Assembly (NCBI GenBank): GCA_964057225.1 | Contig: OZ059900.1 | Span: forward strand, 5,766,001-5,830,000 | Direction: 5' to 3' | Source: Auanema rhodensis | Lineage: Eukaryota; Animalia; Nematoda | Length of the DNA: 64,000 nucleotides | In this document: one piece after another, positions 29,501 to 41,667 of the stretch | How positions within the stretch are numbered: the first letter of the stretch is position 1 | Layout: each line of letters starts with the position of its first letter | Translations under genes and position numbers: made by a program | Notes under the pieces: model-generated | What the model was told of the DNA's origin: nothing | The model's input: only the letters and a program-made list of their open reading frames with translations | Databases searched by the model: none

Positions 29501-30175
29501 TTTTATATCAAATAAACAACAAAGTGGAGAATGGAATGATGCGCATATAAAAAATCAGAACAATTACAAAATATTATTGATTATTATAAAAATATAGAAG
29601 TTAATTATTCTGTGAGAAAAATACCAAAATCACATTATAAATATCCAATTTGATGATCGGCTCAATTGCTTCTTTTAGAAACACAGATAGGTTTCTAAAG
29701 AGAAATTGACAGATAACAAACTCGGAAACCATTACCAATTGACAACCAAATAAGAAAAATACTGAAAATCACCATATTCAACAATACATTTACAAAAAAC
29801 GATAATTTAAATCTCTTTTTTTGTATAAAAAGAGATATCAAACAGCGTAATTGTGAAAACATAATCAATATGAAACTCAAAGGAAAGTAGTTTTGAACCC
29901 CTAGTTTATGAGATTAAGATATACAAATAAAATACACCAGCAAGGAAAATTAGGATAACTTGGAATTCAATAAAAGTTTTGATTTTCTTTTGATTTTACA
30001 AAAGGCAACGAGAGCTGCCATAGAATCATTATGCTATTTGATAACACGTTTGAAATGGTTTAGATTTTACAATCAAGCTTTCTCTACAAGTATATGATTT
30101 GAATCATAGTATTACAACTGCTAAGCATGTCTTCTAGTAGTAAAATATTCTATATATATTTATATATATATTTGT

Positions 30176-33100
30176 TTATGAGTCGCGGCGTAAAAATGGC
30201 AAGAATCGACGTAAAGCTGTCTTGCGGTTATCCGAATGATCGCAGTTTCCAGGTTTTTGTAGAAGGCTCAATTGTGATGTCGTAAGCTGGCAAAGAGATG
30301 AAGCAACCGCTAATCCCGATGTACCACTAGGAGTGGATGAACGTCCTCCTGTTGGCAGACGTACTGCCAGCGTGAAGATACCTGCTTTATAATTGCTGTA
30401 AGGCTCTATAGCTAGAGGAGTTGGGCCATGCGCAGCATCAGTCTGAAATAAAGAAAGTTGAAATGGTCATTGAGCAGACTATTTACCGGCATAAGGTGAT
30501 ACGATGATAATTCCAACCAAATATGTGGGAAAGGTCTACTAGCCATCTGCAAAAATTTGTAATGTGAGTATCATGTTACAATACTTTTTCGCTTACATGT
30601 TCAATCTCGTCAATCCGTCTTTGATTTCTTCTGTATATTTCGATTCTCATTTTGATCATCCATAATAAGCCAGCAACAACAAGTAATACGATAAAACATC
30701 TGAAACAGATATGAAAACAAGCAAATAAAATTTTTTTTTCCAAGTGGTTCTTAAGTCTAAACTTTTTTTAAATTTTTTTTATGATTGTAGCTGAGATTAA
30801 TGGTCCTTCCGGACATAATATAAAAAGCATCTTCGTGTGTGACACAAAAAAGCGTTGCTTAGAGAAAAATATTTAGTTGTTATAGAGTGAAAGTGGTTTT
30901 CATGAATTATGACGAATATGAAATAATATATATAGGAACAAAGCTACCTATTTTGAATATAATTCGAAGAACATATATAAAATTCAACATGTCTATTATA
31001 TCCTTAGTAGCTCGATTTAAAATGAAGTCGTGTTGCTTTCGAACACTGACAATTTATAAAAAAGAGAAGATCAAGAATTAACTTACCCAAGTGTTAGAAA
31101 GCCATAGACCATTATCTGTTTAGATTTGGATTATATCTAGAGTTTCGATAGTATCGAATAATAATAACGACGATAATAACTAAGTAAAGAATTTTGAAAG
31201 CTTTTGAAGATCAAAAATCAATGGTAGGGCTTGAACTGATTTTTATTAATCAGTTCCTTATCGCAGATAATCGGAGATAAAGTTCGATTATCTACAAGGT
31301 GCTTTTTGAATGTTTTTAGACAAGGATGAAACCTGCGAATGAAAAAAAGATAATTCTGATCGAGATGTTCAGATTAATATGACGAATGAATCCGGACGAA
31401 AAAGAGCAAGTTCTCTGCTGAGTGCTGACTGCCAAAAGCTAAGGGTGAATACTGCTTATGGTGATGATGAGGATGATGCAGGGGTGGGCTTGGCGAATGC
31501 AGAAAAGATTTATTTCCTCTAATTTACATGCGAATTTTAGATGCACCGGGATTTATCCTCTCAGGAACTGACAGGTTACTAGCAATATATTGGACAATAG
31601 CTAGATATTTGGATGAAGAGGAAAAGAAATACATAGAATCAAATAAACAAAAAAAGAAAAGCAGAATGAATGAATGAGACGAGCTGAAGACGAGGAAGAC
31701 GTTGAACAAAAAAAAACGAAATGGCCTTAAGAGGGATAATGTGAATAGATATACTAAGGATAGGAGATTAAAAGAAAAATAGAAAAGTAGATGCCCGAGA
31801 AAAGCTGAACAGAGATCCATGAACGATTAATCCAATTGAAAATGAGAAAAATGATGTTGAAAAACTGCCCAAAAAGGGAATTGAAAAAATATTGGTAAAC
31901 GTTGAGCATGAGCATAAATTTTAGAAAATGAGAATGGATTTCAAAAAAAAATTGTTGGAAATGAGGAAATTTTCTATATGATCGATAAAACAAAAAATAA
32001 CTTTATGAATATATTTTTAAAATTTTTTTTAAAAACTCACGCAGCAAAGATGACAAAGAACAAAACCCAATTGATTGGTGGTGATTGAGCAAATGAAACT
32101 TGTACAACTATGGGAGTTGTAAAATTGTAGACTTTTACCTGAAATAATAACAAATTGACCTTTTATCAATATCAATTTATGTTATTTTTAGAATAAATAA
32201 TGATCTCATCTCAGCCAAACAATTACTTGAGTCATGCGCATTACATAACTGGCTAATTTATAAATAAAATGTATATATTAATGAAATATTCACGTATTTA
32301 ATAAAATGTGCAAATTATTATACAATATAGAAATCTATTTTAATTGAAATATATTCTGAGTAATGTGTAGGAACTTATTCTCAGTCATTATAAAGAAGGT
32401 AACGAATACCAAAAATTGAGAATGAATTATGACACCACATCTGCATGCTTATGAAAGCTTTTTATACTTTTTAAGCTTAGAAGTTTCTTTTTGTCTTCAA
32501 AGAGTATGGCAAAACACAATTAGTCGTTTTTTTTTTAAATTAATGTGTTTATGAATTTTTAAACATTCATTCACTTACGAAAAATGTTGTATTAGAGTCT
32601 GTCCCGAATATCCACCCTTCAGCATCAGATGCGGAATATATTCTCCGGAACCCGCGATAATCACAGGGGGTATTAGTCTGAAAGGAGTGAAGTATAAATA
32701 TGTTTTTTTTTCAAAGATCACCATAAGTCTTCGAGTTTTAGCTCCTGTTAAGTAAGATGATGTCTCATTCAAAGCTACAAGAGCGTGTTGGTCACAAGTA
32801 ATTTGAAATGTTACATCAGTGTCTCTCTGCAATACAATTTGTTATAAACTTTATATTTTAAGCAAATTACTTTATATGGTATGCTGAACAAGAAAAGTTC
32901 AGTTGCATGCAGATCTTTGTCTTCCTTTTTCAACTTAAAAGTAAAGATAAAGTCAACAGCTAGCTCATCTAAATAAAATAATTCAATATAGTTTCACATA
33001 GTTCAGTTTACAATAGCAAGGGGTTCCATTCCTAGGCTGTCCGTAATATTTGGCATCACATTTATCACAATGCTTGCCAACAACTCCTTTTGTTCGACAG

Positions 33101-36100
33101 TAACAGTGTCCTGAACGTTGATCGCAATCATCGGCTTGACCATTACATTGACAAGCTAAGAAAGAAGAGAAATTCATATTTTTGTTGAAATGCACATACG
33201 CTGACAAATTCCACCATTCCGAGGATCACCAAAAAATCCTGAAGCACATGAATCGCAGTGCTTTCCTTGAGTATTATTGGCACATATGCCGCACACTTCT
33301 TGCGTTCCTCCCAGAGCTGTGGTGATGGTACTTTCACAGTTAGCATGTCCATTACATTGACAGGCTTCAATGGATTATATTTTTGAAAATCAAGTGCTTA
33401 TAACTTACAAGGACAATCAACAAAATACCATTGACGATCCACATCGTTTAATGTTTCGTTCAAAGGACCTCTAGCATTTCCTTGCAAGCAGGCTCCTAAT
33501 CCGGTATGAGAACCATCATCAAGCCATCCACAATCAGGTGATAATTGGCAATCAGCACAAGTTTTATGGGAAGAACAATTGAACATATCTGTTTGGTGTT
33601 GTTATAATAGATAGAAAAATATATTTATACCTTGAGAACAAATACGAGATCCTCGTAAAGTAGACCCACTAAGCCAAGAGTAGCATTGACCGTAAGCAAA
33701 TGTTAATGTATATGCTTCCATGTTTATACATTTAGCCATGTTAGGACACCACATGCAACGGCTACTCGAGGTACATTGAGTACATGTTGTTAAATTAGAA
33801 CAAGCAGCGGGGCATTGAGAGTAGTCCTAAAACAGAGGTTGAAAAACTGTTTAAAATTAATATGCTACATGAATTGCTTCAGGAGGAAGATGCGGATGAT
33901 TTCTTGGAAGACCATTAGCTGATATACGTTCTAATTCCTTGTTCTGTCTTTCAGCGATTAGAATAGCTGTAATATAGATGTTAATTTGACTTCGGAATCA
34001 TAGTAATTGTTACCTTCTTCTTCCAACGAGATACAGCTTGATTTACCTTCACTACTGTGCCAGTTACAATGAGGCAAAAGCTTGCAACTATGACACTCGT
34101 TAGACATACTACATGGACGAGGCGAAATATTTTTGCGCTCTGGGCATTTTTCCCAACTTTTTAGAATAGCTTGTCCATCGACACATTCACTATCCGTTGG
34201 CAAACATTGATCACCAGAAGCACACCAGCCACAAGCAGACTGGGATACACATGCTAAGCAATCGGTTTGTTCCTCACATGATTGGCGTAAAGATAACAAT
34301 CCACAGGCTAAACTGCCTTTACTGTTTTCATCTTTGAGTAAAGATAAGAATGGCTGCTTATGGCTAACATTTGGATCCAAGCGAACACATGATCGTTCTG
34401 TGAAAATACATTTAACACCTCCACTTATGACGTGACATGTTTCCGGTCGTGTAGCTGCTGAACATTGAGCTGAAGAAATGAAAGTAATTTGATTTGTTTT
34501 ATTTTTCTCAAAAACATACGAATTGTCATTTTCCAAATATCATTGAGCATTCTTCCATTGAATCCTCCATAAATGTATAGATAATCATTATTTGCAACAG
34601 CTGTGTGACCATATCTTTTAGATACATCACTAACTGATGTAATATTTGTCCATTGTTTACATGCTAAAAATAAAATAAAATAAGAAACAAATTTCATTTG
34701 TTTTGTTTTACCTATATCGTATATCTGTATGCTATTTGTAAAACATTCTTGTTTAGTTTTAGAATAGCCAATGTTATATCCATTTCCGCCAACTAATATC
34801 ATAAAACCATTCATCAAGGAAGCAGAATGCAAGAATACTTTAATTCCTGATGGAGGTAATATCGTCCTGTAATATAATTTTATACAATAATAAGTAAGCC
34901 AGAAGTAACACACCATTTTTTCTGTTGAATATGATATTGAAGCATGCTGTCTGTAAAATTATTATTTTGAGCACTTGACCACATAGATCCTCCATGAATT
35001 AGAACAATGTCACCCTGAACACATAAAAAGATATATCGAAAAAATAATATAATGTATTTACTTGATCGGTAATGTGATGAACCGATGCATGACCAAACCG
35101 GCCATAAACTTGATCATTTACTTGTCCTAATCTCCATTTGCCTGTCTCTATAGAAAGAAATATTTTTTTTTTTACAATTTTTCAGAGTTTACCAAAATCG
35201 TAGATTTGAATTTCATGACAAAATCCTAATTGAGGATGATACCCGAAAAAGACATACATCTCAGAGCCAATAACATGTGCTGTATGTCCTGATACAGCAA
35301 GAGGAGGTGTCTATACATGATCCAATTAATAACAAATTTTACAAATAAAGAATACCGTTAAATTGCTATTATGTTCCATTTCAAGATGCCACATACGAGT
35401 ATGCATGTCAAATGACCAAAGTTCTCCCACGATGTTTTTGTTATCAACAACACCACCAAACATATACAACTTGTTCTATATAATAGAATAAACGGATTAA
35501 TGAAGATAAAACTAATTCTATCACCTTATACCGAACAAGTGTATGATCATAGCGCGATTCAGGATGTTCTGTGCCCTCAATAACAATAGTAGTCCATACT
35601 TCAGAAGTTATATTGAAGACAATCAGTTGGTCAATCATAACTCCATTGAAAATTGCACCACCTAGAAATAGAAGAATACTATATTACATTGAGTTAAATT
35701 ACTGACCAACGGTCCAAATAACATCGTCAATAAGAACAGAAGAATGCGAAGATCTTCCTGCAGTTGGACCACGTGAATGTATTTCCTCCCATACAGAACT
35801 CATTCTTTCTTCTTCACAATATTTACCTTTAAAACCCCTCAAGGTACATTTCAGTAAAATAAAACTTAGATACCGTGATGAGTAGATGGACATTCACACT
35901 TCTCATTTTTACATACACCCTTGTTCATACATGGACCAGCATTGCTTTCATCAGCTTTTGTACAAACCATTATTTGACAATAATCACCTATGAATACAAA
36001 ACATTTTATTTCAAAATTTATAAATATTTTTACCTATATGTCCATCATCACAATCACATTTACCGTTATCACAGGTACCATGGGATGAACAATTATATAA

Positions 36101-37274
36101 ACATCTATGATTTTATAATATAATTCCGATAACTATATCTAATAATTACCTGTTGAACTCGTATGTAAGATTGAACCCGTCTAAGTTAATTGCAAGATCG
36201 CTAGAAAAATAAATAAGTGCTTGTCCTGAAGGAGCTGAAATCTCCTGAACTTCTTGATCACCACTAAACCCAATTTATACATTAACTAACAGAAGAAAAG
36301 CAAACCTAAACGCAGCCAGTTGTTCTCCGTCTACGCCATCACCATCGTAAATATATAAGTAATCCCAGCCACATTCACTTTGAAAACTATCTAAACGAAT
36401 GTTCAGAGGACCCGTGTAATTCTAAAAAGTATTAATTGAAATATCATTATCAAAATTAAAATAAGTTTTACCTGATCATTTTCAATGATCCAAGTACATT
36501 TAGATGATGGACTATATGATAAAGGTCCATCAGCTATTTGATTCTGTTTGCTATTTACTCTGAATACAGTATAATTTGAATTGGTTCAAAAACATTTTTA
36601 ATGTTTCATGTTTCATACAAAACTGAATTCTGTTAAGCAAAATAGGTAATTTTTACCTTAAAAGTGTTAAGTTTTTCAAATTTTTCAAACAAACAATTTT
36701 TATGAAATATCTAATTAAATTATTTTTTACATTTTGTGCGACAGTGTATTGCAGATTATGTAAATTATAATTCGCATAAGTAGCATAATCGCTTATTTTA
36801 AAAATATAATTCAAAATAGATTTTACAAACAAAAACAAATTACTTTATATAGTTAAAAACTTATCAATGTTCTAAGTCTTTTGTTATAAACTTACTTTAT
36901 GCGACCAAAACAATGATCACATTGTTGACCAGTCCATCCTTTCGTGCAGACACAAGTGCCATTGATGCAAGCACCATTGAAACAGTGTCGGTCACAGGTT
37001 GCTAATATTGACTGAAAAAATAATACAATAGATAAGTTACAGTTTCAATTTTTTTAGAATTTAGTGAAGAAAACTAGACTTCAATTCATAAATTATTTCC
37101 AAGCTAATTCTCTTTACATTGGATTTAGCTTTCATACAAAATTTATATCAAGAATTTATATCAAACCTTTTCTAGATTAAAATTTGCTTGTGTGGTTGTT
37201 GCCAAAATAGGCAAAAGTATTAAGACTGTCCAATGGAAGACTATTGGGTAATGACCCTCTACTATCTTGAGCAT
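30176..37274 (-). CDS. atrn-1: Attractin/Mahogany orthologue: EGF, CUB, EGF, Kelch propeller, PSI repeats, laminin-EGF, TM, MASRPF tail (about 28 exons)
   Basis: Signal MLKIVEGHYPIVFHWTVLILLPILATTTQA. EGF: CDRHCFNGACINGTCVCTKGWTGQQCDHCFGRI. CUB: CTWII...ECGWDYLYIYDG. Kelch: GRSSHS, RYDHT, VSGHTAH, GRFGHAS, RYGHTAV. PSI repeats. Laminin-EGF: CQCNGHA, CQCNGQADDCDQRSGHCYCRTKG. Then VSFAQSPPINWVLFFVIFAA|CFIVLLVVAGLLWMI and EHMASRPF...LAIEP...VRLPTGG...GLAVASSL, stop at 30176. Confidence 0.96.
31087..31112 (-). CDS. Putative alternative first coding exon of a short attractin isoform (MVYGFLTLG|CFIVLLVV...)
   Basis: On the minus strand, ctaaacag ATA ATG GTC TAT GGC TTT CTA ACA CTT GG|gtaagt. The donor is perfect and phase 2, matching the acceptor at 30700. 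The hydrophobic codons complete the TM helix. Confidence 0.55.
31233..31293. promoter_or_regulatory. Cluster of four GATAA sites and two 9-bp inverted repeats: candidate internal promoter/enhancer in the attractin intron
   Basis: GAACTGATT-N6-AATCAGTTC at 31233-31256 and AGATAATCG-N11-CGATTATCT at 31265-31293. GATAA cores near 31258(-), 31266(+), 31276(+) and 31288(-). The block is 120-180 bp upstream of the candidate ATG at 31112. Confidence 0.45.
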
Positions 37275-40200
37275 TATAAATACATTTGAGAGTGGTATCC
37301 TAAAATAGATACAATTGCAATAATGAGATTGAAAATATAAAATATGAATTGAATAAAATTATGTAAATATCATATATTGGTAATAAAAACTGAAAAAAAT
37401 AATGAAATAATAGTTAAATGAAAATTCGATCAAGAATAATAAAATTAAATATGAGCTATGAACTATCAACTCAAAAATAGAAAAATAATCAAAACGGCGC
37501 GGTAAAATATTGCTAGTTATAGTACAAATAGTTCTTCGACCGCGACACTAACATAATTGCAATCGATAATAGTCAAGACGCGATCCACTATTAGGTCAAA
37601 CTATGAGAAAGGAAAGGCAGATAAGTGTGACAGCAATGAATTGGAAGAAACAGGAATCAATAAGAATTATGGACAACCTTTTAAGAAAAGTCACAAAAAA
37701 TAAATTTAGTTATAGAGGAAAGAAGTTACTAAATGTTAAATCAACTGCCTTGAATTTAGAAATTGTAGTCCACGCTGTAAAGATGATTCAAATTCGTGTT
37801 TCAAATACTGATAAGATATTATTCAATGATAGAACAAAGAAATAGAAAGTGTTAGTCTGGTGGGTGAATGTCTATTATGCGATATTCAACCGTTTAACAT
37901 CCATGTGAGACTGTTAGAATACCTAGTTAGGTTGATGGTTTTCATATTTTCTTCGAATAAGGCTATGAAAAACTAGAAATTGATTGACAGGTAATAAGAG
38001 AGAACGACATAATCTGTTGGAATAACCAGGATGATCATGAGGTAATAACGTTGTAAATGGATGTTCACCATTATGACAAATATTGTTATAGCAGTGAATA
38101 ATTAGAAAAAAAATTTTAAAGAACATAAAAAATTTTTTAAAAATTTGTAGAGCTTTTCTTGAATAGAAATTTCGGAATAAATTTGCTTATTCGAATACAA
38201 TTTGAAAAAAGGAGTTATGAAGGTTTGAATGGTAAAGGCGGATGGATGGCTAGGCACAACGTGGATTGCTTGTCACCGTCAGGCGAAGGTCGACCATACA
38301 GAGAAAACAAAGAGAAGGAGAGGTTTGGGAAAAGGTATATGAGAGATATTAAGAGAACGAGAAACAGAGAAAAAAAGAGAAAATGAGAGGAGATACTAGA
38401 GATTGAGCGAATAGAGAATAAGAGGACCGTGTTTGGTCAACTAGTTCAACGATAGCAGAGACATGAGAAGCTGACTTAGATGAGAAGCTTTGTAGAGATG
38501 TGAGAGATGGTAACGCATTCAAAACTGATTTAAAAAACGAATGAAAAAACATAAAATATTATTAAATATGCATTTATGTTGTTTTTTCATACATTTCTAT
38601 TATGGATTATAAACAATTGTGCATTATTTCTGAAAATTGGTTTTGAAATTTCTAAAGGACATATCAACAGCTGAAAACAAAAAAAAACTTTAAAAAAAAG
38701 CCAAAAAAAAAGATGAGAAATCGAAATAATTACAAGGGCATTCGCAAGGACATTCGAAAAAATAAAATGTGTAGAAATAATTTTACGAAAAAAAAAAGAG
38801 TTGGTTGCCTCCTGTGACACATTCTAAAACAGCTGCACTTTTATCTTCTTTTTCCTCTATGCTAGTTCATAATGAACTGATAAAATAGACATTTATGTCT
38901 ACTCTTCTGAAGAATACAGTACATTATGCGATTAAAATAAGACATAGGCTATAAAACAATTATTAATATTATGAAACTTTAATGTATTAATTCATATTTT
39001 TAATAATATATATATTTATATGTTTTTAATATTTTCATATCAATAACATAAATAAAAAAAGTTCTTATTCATTAAAATATTTCAATTTTCATACATACAT
39101 GTGTGCTGTTTTATTAAATGGACTTAGTATCACACAATAAAAATAGAATAAAAGTAGAAAGACTAAAGTCAAAAAAAGCCGGCAGCTGACATGGGTCATC
39201 TGGCTTTGTGTTCTTTTGTTATCGTACTCGGTCGATCTTCTATTGTTTTTTCTTCTTGTCTTTGCTCAATGTAAAATAAAACAGAGTAGAGGGAAATTCT
39301 GATTCTATCCCAGAGTCGAAAGCATAGGCAACAACAACCAGTAATAGAATTGGGAAAAAAGAACTTGTTGGTTTGAAGACAAATGCGTGGATTGAGTTAA
39401 AATGAACAATAAGATGTAGACATATATTAGTAAGCGTTGTAATATTAATTGTAATGCTAAAACTACGCTTAAACGAAATGATATACATTTAAACTAATGA
39501 AATGAATATACATTCTTTGCTATATCAGAAGCTGGCTAATCCACACCTAATGAGCATTGTAAAAGAAGAAAAAAAGTGTTTGTATGAAGTCTAAGGGTTT
39601 AGTTGGTTCTAAAGTTGGAAATACTGATGATATATGAGGCATTGTTTAGACAGAAAAATCTATATGTTTTCTAGGATACGTTTTTAGCAGGAAACGCTAG
39701 ATAGCTGACAAAAAAAATATATATTTTCTAGTTGTTTGATTTATATGAAATCTATTTCTAGTTGTTTCAGTAATTAAAAAAATCAATCACATTATAAAAA
39801 GCAGAACGAATATTTAAAACTAGTTATAACAAACGAAAATGCATTTATGAAAATATCTGAGAAAAGAAGAGCTAAAATTTAGATTAAGCTAAAGATTTGT
39901 ATTCTGATGCTTGTTTGCTGAACTTTCTCAATTTTATTTTGATTGATATTTCTCTCAATCATCTTTTTTCAAGCTTTCATCATTTTTTCTATGCAAACCA
40001 ACCACGTATCTGTGTGCGAATAATATAAAATGAAAAAAAAATGAAGAAGTTAAACTATGAAACTGTTTCACGATAGATCTTTAAAAACGTTGTATTTTCT
40101 ATTTAAACATTTAAGTATTTTAAAAATAGTAATAATACCTTTTTAGAAAAAAGTATGAACTATCCTGTACAAATGTTCACACAGAATTTTATTTATGTAT

Positions 40201-41630
40201 TCAACGCGGATAAATGCGTGAAGAAATTGCTAGAATAAAATATAAGTGCAGTTCATATAGTAAAGCGGAAGTGGATAACAAGTTGCTGAAGAAAAGTAAA
40301 AAAAGTGGTCATCTTGATAGATCATAAAGAAGAATAAGAGAAAGTTGACGAACAATTAACTGTCATAAATAATTTTATAATCTTGTGAATATAATTTTGC
40401 TCTGGTTTGAGAAATGGCTATTATAAACTATGTGTATGAGTGGATTTTTTCAAACAAATTCTTCAAAAATTTAAACAGAATTTGCTGCAAAATTGATATC
40501 ATTCAGCGATGTGCATATACATAAATAGGCATAATAAAAGAGTAGAGATTCAAACTAATTACAAAGAAAAAAGATTTTGTGAAAGGAGAACGCAGCATTT
40601 AGCTTTTATTCAGTCGATTGTGGGAGAAGAACATACAATTTTATTATTTTCTTCATCTCCGGGAATTTTCAAAAAAAAATTATTTCAGTTGAAAAAATTA
40701 TGTTGAAGAGCTTTTTCCAGATTTCTTTTCGATGATGATGTTTTAAACAAATTTGGATGCCAATTAGAAAAGAGAGAAGCTTAAAAGGATTAGATAAATT
40801 CCATTAAAATTAGCTAAAATAGAGAAGATGTAAAGAACAGAAATGAACAGAACATTGCGTGCAGCAGACATGTTAGAACTGAAATACTTCGACAATTGCT
40901 TTTGATGCTTCATCTGACGCTTTCGTTTGCTTCACTTCTTTATTCCATTTTTCTCTCAGTCTATTTTAGCTCTAAGTGTGTGTTGTATTTAGATATTAAC
41001 CACGGTTTTTAATTGGAATGTGGCTTTTCCTCTTAAATATGTTTGGAACATTGAAATATTATGTTTTGAACATTCAATATGAGAATATTTTTTCTTAACA
41101 AAAATTAATGTGAGAGAATAAAAAATTCTTCGTGAGAATCAGAAGAGATGGAAAACTTGAGGAAATTCAATAGTGTTAAAAATAATATAAATGTAAAAAG
41201 GGGTGAAGAAGAACAATAAGAATCAAGGAATACGTTCAAAAACAGAAAATATTCACAAGTATATCTGAAGTACTGTTATGCATTATGAGAACAAGTTGAT
41301 AGATAGTGTTCGAAAATCTGTTCGAAGCAACACTTCTACACATCAACATGATTCGGACACAAAAGAAAAATTCATTAGATAGAAGTGGACAAGAAATGAA
41401 TTGCTGAATAAGAAAAAGATAGATTTAGATTAAAAGAGAGAAGGAGAACAAAATCATCAGAATTTCGATTTCCTGCTTGACATCGATCGATAGTTAGTGA
41501 CTATGGAAAGATGTGAACGTAACCATACACGATCGGAGGTCGATTGAAAAACAAACCCCCCCCCCCTTCTCTTTTCTCATCTTATTTCTCCACTTAACTA
41601 ATTGAAAAATACAGGTATTATACGATCTAG

Positions 41631-41633
<3 letters not shown>

Positions 41634-41665
<32 letters not shown>
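41634..41665. repeat. (AT)16 microsatellite
   Basis: An uninterrupted atatat run is directly visible. Confidence 0.95.

Positions 41666-41667
<2 letters not shown>

Noticed and set aside
31078-31097. ttaacttacccaagtgttag resembles part of the SL1 leader (TTACCCAAGT)
   Set aside because: Only 10 nt match. There is no GGTTTAA 5' end, donor or Sm site, and it is the reverse complement of the mini-exon donor.
31379-31522. Antisense (+) frame MTNESGRKRASSLL...YFL* inside the attractin intron
   Set aside because: It is only 47 codons, has a stop shortly upstream and has no supporting exons. The sense-strand readings explain the region at least as well.
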